This document shows positions 16,489 to 25,849 of a DNA stretch of 43,007 nt, in pieces. Both the position numbers and the translations under genes were made by a program. The notes below the pieces were generated by a model, which worked only from the letters and a program-made list of their open reading frames with translations, had not been told where the DNA came from and ran no database searches. Location of the stretch: assembly GCA_964523515.1 (NCBI GenBank), contig CAZFZP010000001.1, positions 59,715 through 102,721 of the forward strand, written 5' to 3'. The stretch comes from an uncultured Gammaproteobacteria bacterium (GTDB taxonomy: Bacteria; Patescibacteriota; Microgenomatia; Daviesbacterales; UBA10151). Every line of letters starts with the position of its first letter. Position 1 is the stretch's first letter.

Positions 16489-17602
16489 GTTCTTCACTAA
16501 TTAACTTCAAGCTTTTTTTTGCCTGTTGATTCCAATTAAACTTTTTACTCCAATTTAAACACTCTTGGCTAACCTTTTGATATAGATTCTTGTCTAAGAC
16601 TAACTGCTCTACTCTATTCGCTAATCCCTGTACATCCCCTAACTTGACTAAAAATCCAGTTTTATTGTTCTTTACAGAATCCTTTGTCCCTTGCGTGTTA
16701 TACCCAACTACTGGAGTTCCAACCGAGTTAGCCTCGATATTTACAAGTCCCCAACCTTCTCTAATAGAAGGATTCAGCAAAATTTGTGACTTAGCTAATA
16801 ACTTAAATTTATCCTTTTCTGAAACAAATCCCCAAAATTTAACTTTTCCTTTACCAACATCTCTAAAAATTACTTTTTTTAAATATTCCTTATATTTTTT
16901 ATCTCCTTCACCAATTATCCAAAACTGCCATTCAGAATACTTTCTGTGTAACTTTTCAAAAACTTTTATGCTGTCCTCGATCCCTTTATCTTTAGCTAAT
17001 GCTCCAAGAAATGTAATGGTTGGCCTACTATTTTTTATTAAGGAGTAGGGCTTGATAATATTTACTCCATTGTGGACTACATGTATTTTCGTTTTACTTA
17101 TCCCCCAATTAACTAGGTCATTTTTAGTAGAGTTGGAAACTGTTAAAAATTCTATATTTTTATATATAATTTTAAAAATTAAAGGTTCTAGGTAAAAGCC
17201 TACTACAGCTACTAGATAATTAAAGGGTTTGGGAAGTTGATTCAGAAACCAAATTTCTTTTGTCACTTCATGAATAAATGCCAATTTTTTAGATCTGACA
17301 TACAGCGGTGTGAAGTATGGTATTCCATGAAATTGATCTATAACTAAATCAAAGTTTTCTTTATTACCATACAAGTACCACCAACATGCCCTAATATGCG
17401 TCCCTATAACAGCATGTCCGCTTCTATAATAGGTTACCCCATCAATAATCTCTTGGGTTTTTGCTTCTTCATATTTTGAGGTAAAAATAGTAACTTTATG
17501 CCCATTTTTAACCCAATATTTGGCGTGTTGATGAGTTACAATTTCTGCTCCTCCTGAGTTAGGATGCTTTAAGCCACGCCAAGAAAAAATTAATATATTC
17601 AT
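16481..17602 (-). CDS. GT4 glycosyltransferase
   Basis: WR..KHPNSGGAE, FLGALAKDKG and EGWGLVNIEANSVGTPVV. Confidence 0.92.
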   Translation of the reverse strand: MNILIFSWRGLKHPNSGGAEIVTHQHAKYWVKNGHKVTIFTSKYEEAKTQEIIDGVTYYRSGHAVIGTHIRACWWYLYGNKENFDLVIDQFHGIPYFTPLYVRSKKLAFIHEVTKEIWFLNQLPKPFNYLVAVVGFYLEPLIFKIIYKNIEFLTVSNSTKNDLVNWGISKTKIHVVHNGVNIIKPYSLIKNSRPTITFLGALAKDKGIEDSIKVFEKLHRKYSEWQFWIIGEGDKKYKEYLKKVIFRDVGKGKVKFWGFVSEKDKFKLLAKSQILLNPSIREGWGLVNIEANSVGTPVVGYNTQGTKDSVKNNKTGFLVKLGDVQGLANRVEQLVLDKNLYQKVSQECLNWSKKFNWNQQAKKSLKLISEELN

Positions 17603-18405
17603 CCTATATTTACTCTAAAACTAAGTTCGGGGTCAAATTTCCATCTTCGTCTATTCTTACCCGAGTAAAATCTAATTATCCTTAAACGATAAAACACAGC
17701 CAGTGTATCCCAAACCATCAAAAAAACAGTCTTTAGAAACTTTTTATTAGTTACCGTGGAAGTACCTCCAAATTTTAAATTAATTTCTACCGGAGCTTCG
17801 AAAATGCGGTTATAACCCAATGAATTAGCTACTGCTAATATTTCAATATCGAAAGCAAAGGCTTTGACTAGAAGCCTTGGTAAAACCTTCTCTAGAACCT
17901 CTCTCCTAAAAAATTTCATCCCTACCTGAGTATCTTTAATCTTTAATCCAAATAATATCCACGCCAGAAATTGATAACCAATAGAGAGTACTTTTCTTTG
18001 CCAGGGATATATAACTTTTGATGCCGGATGTCTTTTCGATCCAACTATAATATCGGCCTTATACCACTCAAAGTGCTCCAGTAACATCGATAGGCCATTC
18101 GGGTTTAAATCCATCCCTGAATCTATGAAAGCGACTATGTCACCTCTTGCCCGAGCCATCCCATATCGCACTGCATAACCCTTACCATGATTCGTTTCAT
18201 ACCCTACCACTTTAATATTTCGGTAGTTTTTGGAAAACAAGTAGGATTTTTCATAAGTTTTATCTATCATTCCATCAACAACACAAATAATCTCAAAACG
18301 GTGTCTTATTTTTTGCAGGACCCGGTAGATTCTTCTTAAATCTTTAACAATTGTTTTTTGCTGTTTATAGGCAGGTATTATTAAAGAGATTAACTGTCTG
18401 CTCAT
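17599..18405 (-). CDS. GT2 glycosyltransferase, dolichyl/polyprenyl-phosphate glucosyltransferase-like
   Basis: SLIIPAY, VVDG..D, NHGKGYAVRYG, FIDSG.D, VGSKRH, DTQVGMK and FAFDIEIL. Confidence 0.88.
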   Translation of the reverse strand: MSRQLISLIIPAYKQQKTIVKDLRRIYRVLQKIRHRFEIICVVDGMIDKTYEKSYLFSKNYRNIKVVGYETNHGKGYAVRYGMARARGDIVAFIDSGMDLNPNGLSMLLEHFEWYKADIIVGSKRHPASKVIYPWQRKVLSIGYQFLAWILFGLKIKDTQVGMKFFRREVLEKVLPRLLVKAFAFDIEILAVANSLGYNRIFEAPVEINLKFGGTSTVTNKKFLKTVFLMVWDTLAVFYRLRIIRFYSGKNRRRWKFDPELSFRVNIG

Positions 18406-18413
18406 TAGACGCC

Positions 18414-18419
18414 ATTATA
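18414..18419 (-). promoter_or_regulatory. putative internal -10 box TATAAT, leaderless-type
   Basis: Perfect TATAAT 8 nt before the ATG at 18405, in a 27-nt intergenic gap. Confidence 0.5.
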
Positions 18420-18432
18420 TGGCCTAAACAAA

Positions 18433-19680
18433 TTATTTTGAAGACCCTTTAAAAATAAATGGATATAACATCAGTGTAACTAACATTCCCGAGGCCACAA
18501 AGGTAGAAATTTTAATTACACTTAATACATCTTGATGAAAAAACCAGATTAATATTACCTGGATAAGTGCTGCTGCGAGTGAGACAGTTACAGATCTTAC
18601 TTTTCCAATCGAGAGATAAAAACTCATCAGTAAATTCGCCAATGTAAACATTGTGGCAAATAAGCCAAACCAAACAAGGTTTTGTGACATCTCTAAATAT
18701 TTCTGGTTATAAGTTATTGATACAACTAACTGTGGCCAAAAGTAATAAATTGATAGGATAACTGTAGAAAGTAGGGCCGTCAGTATGAAACTATAATAAA
18801 ATATAGACATATACTCTTGCTTTCTGGCTTTTCTTTGAGAAACAAGTGGAAACATTACAGCCCCTATTGGACCGCTGCCAAAAAGTATAATTCGACCCAG
18901 TATTGACATGGCAGCATAAGCTCCTGCTTCTTGTGAAGAAAAGAAATGTTTAACTAATAAAAGGTCTACAGAGTACAAAGAGGTAGCGGTGAAGGAAAAT
19001 ATCATCACCGGGATGGTAAAATGAAATATTTTGGTTAAGTTTGGTAACTTTTTAACTTTGTTTACCGTATATTTAGATAAAAAACGGTGGGTCATAATCC
19101 AACCCAATACCGTTGCTAGAAAAATTCCCATCACTACTCCAAATACTGAATATCCTAAAATCACTAATGCGACTCCCAACCCTAACCTAGTTAAATTTTC
19201 AACTAATATACTGCTAACAAGCTGCCCGAAATGAATTAATCCTTGAAGAATAGAACGATTAAAGCCTGTTGGTACTGAAAATAAAAACGTCGCTGCCATC
19301 AGCCATATCAATGAAAGATTGCTAATATGTAGAAATTTTCCCATTATTGGAGAAAATATCAAGATTAATAAAAACATTACTACGGCAACTGTAAGTGACT
19401 TCTTTTTAAACCAAGTTACCAGTTCGGCAACTTCATTGTCACCAGAAGCAGATGAGACGAATTTGACAATGGCTAAACTTACACACCCGGGAATAATTCC
19501 AATCAATCCACTCAAAGAAAGCAGAGTGGCTAACTCTCCATATTGAGCAGGAGGCAAAACCCTACCCATAGCCACATGATAAATATAATTAATAAAATTG
19601 GTTATATTGCTACCAATAATCATTACCAAGCTCCCACCAAATAAAGGATGTTTAACAATTAACTTAAAAAGTGAGGTCAT
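18433..19680 (-). CDS. wzx: Wzx/MOP-family oligosaccharide flippase
   Basis: About 12 TM helices, R.L.P..YG, D...VKHFF...AGAY and V.FP.VS. A start at 19680 gives an ATGA overlap with the upstream stop. Confidence 0.85.
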   Translation of the reverse strand: MTSLFKLIVKHPLFGGSLVMIIGSNITNFINYIYHVAMGRVLPPAQYGELATLLSLSGLIGIIPGCVSLAIVKFVSSASGDNEVAELVTWFKKKSLTVAVVMFLLILIFSPIMGKFLHISNLSLIWLMAATFLFSVPTGFNRSILQGLIHFGQLVSSILVENLTRLGLGVALVILGYSVFGVVMGIFLATVLGWIMTHRFLSKYTVNKVKKLPNLTKIFHFTIPVMIFSFTATSLYSVDLLLVKHFFSSQEAGAYAAMSILGRIILFGSGPIGAVMFPLVSQRKARKQEYMSIFYYSFILTALLSTVILSIYYFWPQLVVSITYNQKYLEMSQNLVWFGLFATMFTLANLLMSFYLSIGKVRSVTVSLAAALIQVILIWFFHQDVLSVIKISTFVASGMLVTLMLYPFIFKGSSK

Positions 19681-20828
19681 GCTACCCAATATCCCCTGAA
19701 GAATAAACTTGCCTCTATGATTAATGCCATCACAAGTACCGACATTAACACAATTTTGGACCATTTCGGAAAGTTATTAAACAATATTGCTAGGGCTACA
19801 AAACTAGGAAATAATACAATTATATACCTAGGAACAGAAGAAAAACTTCCTTGTAACGGTGACAGCATAAAACCTACCAGGGCATAGAATAAATAAGACA
19901 ACCTAATCTTTTTTAAATACCCATATATCGGTAAAAACAAAAACAGAATACCAGTAATAAACTCCAATACTACGGTTTGATAAATTGGATTTGTTGGGTC
20001 AGAATGGAACAAAATATTAATATAGCGATAAAAGACCTGCGGTAGTAGTATGATTCCTAACTGTCTCTGTTCGCCGATTGTTCCCTGGAGATGATAAAAA
20101 GCCAGCGGATCTCCTGTTTGAGACCACTGATATATCATGTAAAGTAACAGGCCTACCGGGATAAGTAAAAGTTTCAAACCATCTTTAAATTTTCCTTTTT
20201 GTAAATATAACTCAATTAGTAAAGTTGGTAAAAGCAGTACTCCAAAAACTCTAGTTGCAGACGCAAACATTCCACATAAGGAGGCTTCATACCACTTATT
20301 TATTCGAGCAAAATAAAACGACAAAATACTCAATAAAAAAAATAGTGACTCAGAATAGACCGCCGCAAAGAAAAAAGATGTAGGAAAAACGAGTAACAAA
20401 ATTACAGTTAGATTAACTAGTGATGTATCAAAATCAATCCTCAGCAGTTTCCATAAAAAATATAGAGCAACTAAAAAACATACCGAAGAAATTAACACTC
20501 CCATTATTGTTGAATAAAACATAGTGTTATAGAGTTCTCCATAAAAGGGGCGGGATAATATATTTATCAAAGCCGGATATAAAGGAAAGAAGGCCTGCTC
20601 CTTGGCATTGTATCCAAATATTGAGATTGCCAAAAAATGCTCACCGTCAAAGTTGGCCCAAGCAAAAACCTCTGGAATAAGAGGATAATTATTAGATCCT
20701 CCACCTAAAAATTTATCACTGTAACCTAAGGGAAGAAAATTAATAGCAGCAATCAATACTATAAATAACCCAATCCGCCAACTCAAAAATAACAACAAAA
20801 CTGTTTTAAAAATTTTACGATCCAACAT
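19677..20828 (-). CDS. PIG-V-like (GT76) GT-C mannosyltransferase family protein
   Basis: WANFDGEHFLAI...GY, AFFPLYP, FF.A.YSESLF, ATR..G and S.PRY...FP. Polytopic membrane protein. Confidence 0.85.
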   Translation of the reverse strand: MLDRKIFKTVLLLFLSWRIGLFIVLIAAINFLPLGYSDKFLGGGSNNYPLIPEVFAWANFDGEHFLAISIFGYNAKEQAFFPLYPALINILSRPFYGELYNTMFYSTIMGVLISSVCFLVALYFLWKLLRIDFDTSLVNLTVILLLVFPTSFFFAAVYSESLFFLLSILSFYFARINKWYEASLCGMFASATRVFGVLLLPTLLIELYLQKGKFKDGLKLLLIPVGLLLYMIYQWSQTGDPLAFYHLQGTIGEQRQLGIILLPQVFYRYINILFHSDPTNPIYQTVVLEFITGILFLFLPIYGYLKKIRLSYLFYALVGFMLSPLQGSFSSVPRYIIVLFPSFVALAILFNNFPKWSKIVLMSVLVMALIIEASLFFRGYWVA

Positions 20829-21858
20829 TTTTATAAACCTTTGCGGTCTCTTCAGCAGTTATCTTCCAGGAAAATTTCTTACTATTTTGAAATCCCTTAA
20901 TAATTAGCATCTCCCGAAACCGATTATCATCCCTGATCTTAGAGATGGCGTCAGCTATAACAACCGAGTTATAAGGATCAACTAACACTGCCCCATCTCC
21001 TGCTACCTCAGGCATTGATGATATTTGTGATGTGATAACTGGTAGCCCGCAAGCTTGTGATTCAATAATGGGTAACCCAAAACCTTCATAATATGAAGGT
21101 AACAATAAAACAGTGGCTAAATTCATAATTTTAATTACTAAATCATTTTCTAAAAAACCCATCTTGATAACCAAAGGATGCTTATCATAAAGCTGTAGGA
21201 ATTTTTTATATGACCTCAACTCAGGATGATTGAGATCATCATGATCTTCAAAACTCTTCCCAATTAAAACAAGCGGAATATTTGCCTTAAGACATCCTTC
21301 TACTATATTTATTAAGTTTTTATTCCAGTTAACATTACCTATGTATAAGGCAAACTGGTCCGGTAGTTCGTAGCGCTTCTTTACTTCATTTAATATCTCT
21401 TTATTTTTAATTGCCACAAAATTATTGCCTACACCGAGGTGTATGGGAAAAACTTTTTTAGGATCAACATCTAAATACCTGACAATATCTTCCTTAGCAC
21501 TCTCCGAGATAGTTATAACGGCTTTTACATATTTTAGAGATCTTTTCTGTTGAATAAAGGCGATCCTGCCTCTCATGCCCACTGGATAATGATTTGGGAA
21601 CACTAACGGTATTACATCGTGGATGGTTACTATAGCTGGGGTTTTGGTTATCGGTAGAGTACTCCTAAAAAGATCAAAGAAAGTATGGTGAACTATGTCT
21701 ATCTGACTTAATTTACCAATCGACCCTACTTCTTTAATCTCAAGATCTTCCCGTAATCTTAACTCATCTAATAAATTTTTTGTGTGTTGACCAATGCCTC
21801 TAAATTGATGACCATTTTTTAAAGGACCAACATTAAAACCCACCTTAATTTTAGTCAT
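20815..21858 (-). CDS. GT4 glycosyltransferase (MtfB/WbaZ-like)
   Basis: RGIG, VTIHDVIP, KN and EGFGLPIIESQACGLPV...SSMPEVAG. A start at 21858 gives an ATGA overlap. Confidence 0.92.
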   Translation of the reverse strand: MTKIKVGFNVGPLKNGHQFRGIGQHTKNLLDELRLREDLEIKEVGSIGKLSQIDIVHHTFFDLFRSTLPITKTPAIVTIHDVIPLVFPNHYPVGMRGRIAFIQQKRSLKYVKAVITISESAKEDIVRYLDVDPKKVFPIHLGVGNNFVAIKNKEILNEVKKRYELPDQFALYIGNVNWNKNLINIVEGCLKANIPLVLIGKSFEDHDDLNHPELRSYKKFLQLYDKHPLVIKMGFLENDLVIKIMNLATVLLLPSYYEGFGLPIIESQACGLPVITSQISSMPEVAGDGAVLVDPYNSVVIADAISKIRDDNRFREMLIIKGFQNSKKFSWKITAEETAKVYKNVGS

Positions 21859-22715
21859 GAAGTCATGTACCTCCAGTATGACCGAGGAAACCTTAGGGCT
21901 GAGAAAAGTGAAAAAATAACTCCTTGATACCCATCCAAAATACCTTTGTGTCTTATCAGTGTTAAAAGAAACCACCAGATTGGTTTAATTAAAAAATTAA
22001 TTACCATTCCAACCATTCCTTTATCAGTTTTATTGGCATGCATCTCGTTAACCATTAAATTGATGTAACGGTTATTTCGCTCCAAGTAACGTTCAAAGGT
22101 TGGCGAGTCCCGATGTAACATGTAATTTTGCAGCCAACCTACTCTTCCCTCAACCACCATCTGCTCATGAACATCTTTACAAGGCAGATAAGCTTTTCCT
22201 CTTTTAATCAGCCGGATAGCTGGATCAGGGTAAGTGCCACCATATTTTAAATACTTTCCTAGGAAAAAATTTCTTCTGGGAATAAAAAAAGCGTTATATT
22301 CACCAATCGCATCACCGACCCTACCATCCCGCTCTTCAATTAACCTCTGATGTTTCAAGAAAAGTTTTTTGTCTGAGAGTTTTGATTGGTATGCTTCAAG
22401 TTCAGTCCTACTCATCTCTATAACTCTTTTTATCTCGTTATCTAATTCAGAGGTTATAATCTCATCAGCATCAAGCTGTAAGATCCAATCATTACCCGCT
22501 TTATCGATTGCTATTTGTTTATTAATATGGAACATTGATGGGTTTTCCTTTACAAACACTTTAGCTCCAAAACTTTTGGCAATATCAACCGTCTTATCAG
22601 TAGAGCTTCCATCAACCACAATTATCTCCTCAGCCAGATCTTTTACCGACTGCAAACATCTTGTTAAGTTATTTTCTTCATTAAACGTAGCGATTACTAC
22701 TGATATTTTATTCAT
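21855..22715 (-). CDS. GT2 glycosyltransferase (LgtF/WaaE beta-1,4-glucosyltransferase-like) with internal insertion
   Basis: SVVIATFNEE, VDGSSTD, LDADE, PRRN, YPD...RL, VHE and G.LDG..G. Confidence 0.9.
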   Translation of the reverse strand: MNKISVVIATFNEENNLTRCLQSVKDLAEEIIVVDGSSTDKTVDIAKSFGAKVFVKENPSMFHINKQIAIDKAGNDWILQLDADEIITSELDNEIKRVIEMSRTELEAYQSKLSDKKLFLKHQRLIEERDGRVGDAIGEYNAFFIPRRNFFLGKYLKYGGTYPDPAIRLIKRGKAYLPCKDVHEQMVVEGRVGWLQNYMLHRDSPTFERYLERNNRYINLMVNEMHANKTDKGMVGMVINFLIKPIWWFLLTLIRHKGILDGYQGVIFSLFSALRFPRSYWRYMTS

Positions 22716-22719
22716 ATAG

Positions 22720-24333
22720 CTAATACAGACTCACCAAGTAAAAAGCATCCGTTCCATTAGGATAACTTATTAGCTCTTTGATTTGAAATAGTGACTTTTG
22801 GCGTAAGCCATCATACTGACTGGGAGTTAATACATATAATAATCCTGGTTGTGGATCGCTCTCAATTGCATCCCAGTTTCCGAAGTTAAATTTAGAAAAC
22901 GAAGAAACTAAATTGGAACTCCTTTGATCTGTCTGATTATATTCAACAGTTTTTAAAAACTCAGGTAAAGGAATTTTAAGGTAGTATAACAAGAAAATAT
23001 ACGGTTGGGATCTTGCGTCCGTTACAAAAACAGTAGAATATTCCGGATTATCTTTTATATGCTCCGCAATTTGTTTCATCCCATATTGCCAATCAATTCC
23101 ATACTGCTTAGGATACGCAGTTAGATAGCTCTTAAAATAAATCGTTGTAAGATATGCCATCGTTAAGGTGACGGCAACAGCTACCAGTAATTTAACTCTA
23201 GTATTTTTGAAAAGCCCCATAACTCCCACAAGCCCAATAGCCTCGATTAAATGCCAGCTTCCCATGGTAAACAATGCCCGAGCTGCATGTGGAACTTCAT
23301 CTGTCCCTCCACTCAATGAGGCAGGTAAGGGGGCAATTAATGCCCAGAATAATAGCAGCAAATACTCTCTTTTTCTATTTTTTAGAATCCAGACAAACCC
23401 AGCTACTAAAAATAGAGCTTCGATTTGATAAAATTGTCCATATTTTTGAGTTGAGAATTTTGGATTACGATCACCACTTATAAAAAGATAGGTGGGCGAA
23501 AAATGTGCTAAATATCTATCGTAGGTTACCTCTAATCGTCCCAGGAAATAATTATTTGTTTGTTTGAAAAGCCTGGTGTTGCTAATGACATCTTCTGCGA
23601 TTGAGGTCTGTTTCATCCGAGCGAGTCCTAATAATGATGGTTGGATAACATAAAGCAGAGATGTTGTTAAGATGATGGCTAAAGAAAAAATTACATTCTT
23701 TTGAGAGTATAAAATCTCTTTTTTATATATAAAAGCTAATAAAAACATGGCCGGTGGCACCACCACCAAAGAGGCATGATATACTAGGATAGAGATTCCA
23801 AAACTAATCGTTGCCAGGGGTAAATATTTAGACATTCCATTTAATGATTTAAAAAACCACCAAAAACCAAGCATAAAGAAAAATAAAGCAAAATTAGCCT
23901 CGTGATTAAAACGGGAGAATTGGATAGCGTAAGGCGATATCGCCATCAACAATGCTCCTGCAAAACCTATCCGTTTATCCTTAAAGACATCTTTTCCAAT
24001 CAAAAATATTAATAAAACATTTAACACCCCAAATAAAGCTGGTGCAAATCTTACTGCAAAATCCGTTAAGCCAAACACTGCTACAAATGGGGCTGTTAAA
24101 TAAAAATGGATTGGATGCTTATCATCCTCAAAGGATTTAAAAACAAGCGGAAATAGATTTCCCCATTCATCCTTTCCATAATGAACTATGGTCCAAGCAT
24201 TATATCCAACCGCTGCTTCATCCCAAGAAATTGCTGGAGGAACTACCCCAAGTTGATAAAACCGCAAAAAGGAAGCAATAAGAAGAACCACTAATAGATA
24301 AAGTAAGTTTTTATTTCTCAATATCATAAACAT
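22720..24333 (-). CDS. ArnT/PMT-like GT-C glycosyltransferase (GT39/GT83-like)
   Basis: LR.Y.L...P...WDEA..GYNA, GKDEWG, SP..I.FSR, YL.HF.P..LF..GD, PH..RA and DWQYG. Confidence 0.88.
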   Translation of the reverse strand: MFMILRNKNLLYLLVVLLIASFLRFYQLGVVPPAISWDEAAVGYNAWTIVHYGKDEWGNLFPLVFKSFEDDKHPIHFYLTAPFVAVFGLTDFAVRFAPALFGVLNVLLIFLIGKDVFKDKRIGFAGALLMAISPYAIQFSRFNHEANFALFFFMLGFWWFFKSLNGMSKYLPLATISFGISILVYHASLVVVPPAMFLLAFIYKKEILYSQKNVIFSLAIILTTSLLYVIQPSLLGLARMKQTSIAEDVISNTRLFKQTNNYFLGRLEVTYDRYLAHFSPTYLFISGDRNPKFSTQKYGQFYQIEALFLVAGFVWILKNRKREYLLLLFWALIAPLPASLSGGTDEVPHAARALFTMGSWHLIEAIGLVGVMGLFKNTRVKLLVAVAVTLTMAYLTTIYFKSYLTAYPKQYGIDWQYGMKQIAEHIKDNPEYSTVFVTDARSQPYIFLLYYLKIPLPEFLKTVEYNQTDQRSSNLVSSFSKFNFGNWDAIESDPQPGLLYVLTPSQYDGLRQKSLFQIKELISYPNGTDAFYLVSLY

Positions 24334-25849
24334 AGAAAGCTACTTTCCCTGTCAGATCCTCTATGATCTTACTTTCTGATAGCTGAGCTATTTTTTGATC
24401 GGGATCCACAAAAACTAAGTATCTGCCAGTGGGTAATGAGTCAATCTCCAAATTTTTGAATTCAAAGTTTGCAAATTCAGACACTGTTGAGATTCCCCAC
24501 TTATCAGCTCTGTTATATTTAACCTCTGACCTAAATTTTTCTGGAGGATATTTTAAGTAATAGAGGGCAAAAATATAAGGTTGTCCGTATCTATCACTGA
24601 TGATAACTTTATCATACATTTTGAATTTATCTTGATAGGACAAAAACAACTGTTTGTAAGGATACTGCCAATCCCCTGAGGAAGCATTATTGTATCTCGT
24701 TAAAAAGGCATTCCAGTACACTCCAAAACTGCCAAGAAAAATCATCAAGATTATAGATAATAAAAGCGTTTTATACTTTAGATAACCGATTAATTGGGTA
24801 ATACCCAAAGCTGTAACCAATGAAAAAAAGGGAAATAGAGCTATCGATCTTAAGGCATGGGGGGATTCTTTGGTGATCACGGCGGGGATAGGAGCTATCA
24901 GAGTAATTAAAATCACCCATATATTAAGCGGTTTATTTTTCCAAAACAAATATAGCACTCCAGATATTAAAAACGGTACAAAGATCCAATACAGCTCACC
25001 AAACCCCTGGAGATGGCTTCTTTGGTTAAGATCCCCACTTATAAATAAGAAGTGTAGGTTAAAGTGACCCAGATAATTTTGTATTAACTGGGGTAATAAA
25101 CTTATTTCAGTATCTCGGTTAAAAAGACTAACTCTTTCAAATCTAGTACCGCCTTCTGGAGAAAGCAAAAAGCGCAGTATGGGCGCATACGATAAAACTA
25201 GCACTAACACAAAAAGCAGCGGGTGTTTTAGTTGGATAAATCCTGATTGATGCCTAAAATAGCTAAAAATCAGAAATGGTAAGGCAAGTGGTACCAGCAA
25301 TCGGAAACTATTATAGCTATACATACTTAGGGCTAAACTTATTGCTGAAAAAAGCAGTAATTTTGGCATCTGCAATGATTTGAAAAAGACATAAACTCCC
25401 AACATAAAAAAGAACAATCCTGCCGTTGCCTCATAACCAGTCCTACTAAAAATAAAATAGCCTGGAGTGACGGTAAGAATAAAAGCTCCTAATAACCCAG
25501 TCGTGATACTGTAAAACATATTCTTGCCAATCAGATAAATTACTATTATTGTTCCTAAAGAAAATACTACGGCTGGCAATCTTAATGACCACTCATTAAA
25601 TCCCAAGATCATTTGGAACAGTGAAACTGTATAAATATAAACAGGTAGTTTAAATTCGCCAAAAGCTCGCAGATGAAGCGGGAGAAAATCTCCCCATTCA
25701 TCTTGTCCGTTTTGAGTTATAGAATAGGCATTATAGGCAATCGATGCTTCGTCCCAATATAATGACGCTGGAATCTCATTTATTTTGTATAAACGAGTTA
25801 CCAAAAACAGAATAATTATTAGTATAAAAAGTATTCTTTTTAGTTCCAT
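24311..25849 (-). CDS. ArnT/PMT-like GT-C glycosyltransferase
   Basis: WDEASIAYNA, GQDEWG, FGEFKLP, FSRTGYE, PHALRS and DWQYP. Confidence 0.88.
   Translation of the reverse strand: MELKRILFILIIILFLVTRLYKINEIPASLYWDEASIAYNAYSITQNGQDEWGDFLPLHLRAFGEFKLPVYIYTVSLFQMILGFNEWSLRLPAVVFSLGTIIVIYLIGKNMFYSITTGLLGAFILTVTPGYFIFSRTGYEATAGLFFFMLGVYVFFKSLQMPKLLLFSAISLALSMYSYNSFRLLVPLALPFLIFSYFRHQSGFIQLKHPLLFVLVLVLSYAPILRFLLSPEGGTRFERVSLFNRDTEISLLPQLIQNYLGHFNLHFLFISGDLNQRSHLQGFGELYWIFVPFLISGVLYLFWKNKPLNIWVILITLIAPIPAVITKESPHALRSIALFPFFSLVTALGITQLIGYLKYKTLLLSIILMIFLGSFGVYWNAFLTRYNNASSGDWQYPYKQLFLSYQDKFKMYDKVIISDRYGQPYIFALYYLKYPPEKFRSEVKYNRADKWGISTVSEFANFEFKNLEIDSLPTGRYLVFVDPDQKIAQLSESKIIEDLTGKVAFYVYDIEK

Noticed and set aside
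16590-17048. 152-aa plus-strand ORF, and similar antisense ORFs (5380, 7276, 8725, 10507, 11888, 19031, 19319, 22369, 23168, 23274, 24870, 26928, 30673, 34162, 34600, 37701, 39226, 39909, 41833)
   Set aside because: They lie opposite well-supported genes and carry no recognisable motifs, so they are best explained as shadow ORFs.
19681-19764. Long N-terminal extensions in the ORF track (129, 4099, 10447, 19764, 21975, 32507, 39661)
   Set aside because: Downstream ATGs give family-typical N-termini, short stop/start overlaps or better promoter spacing.
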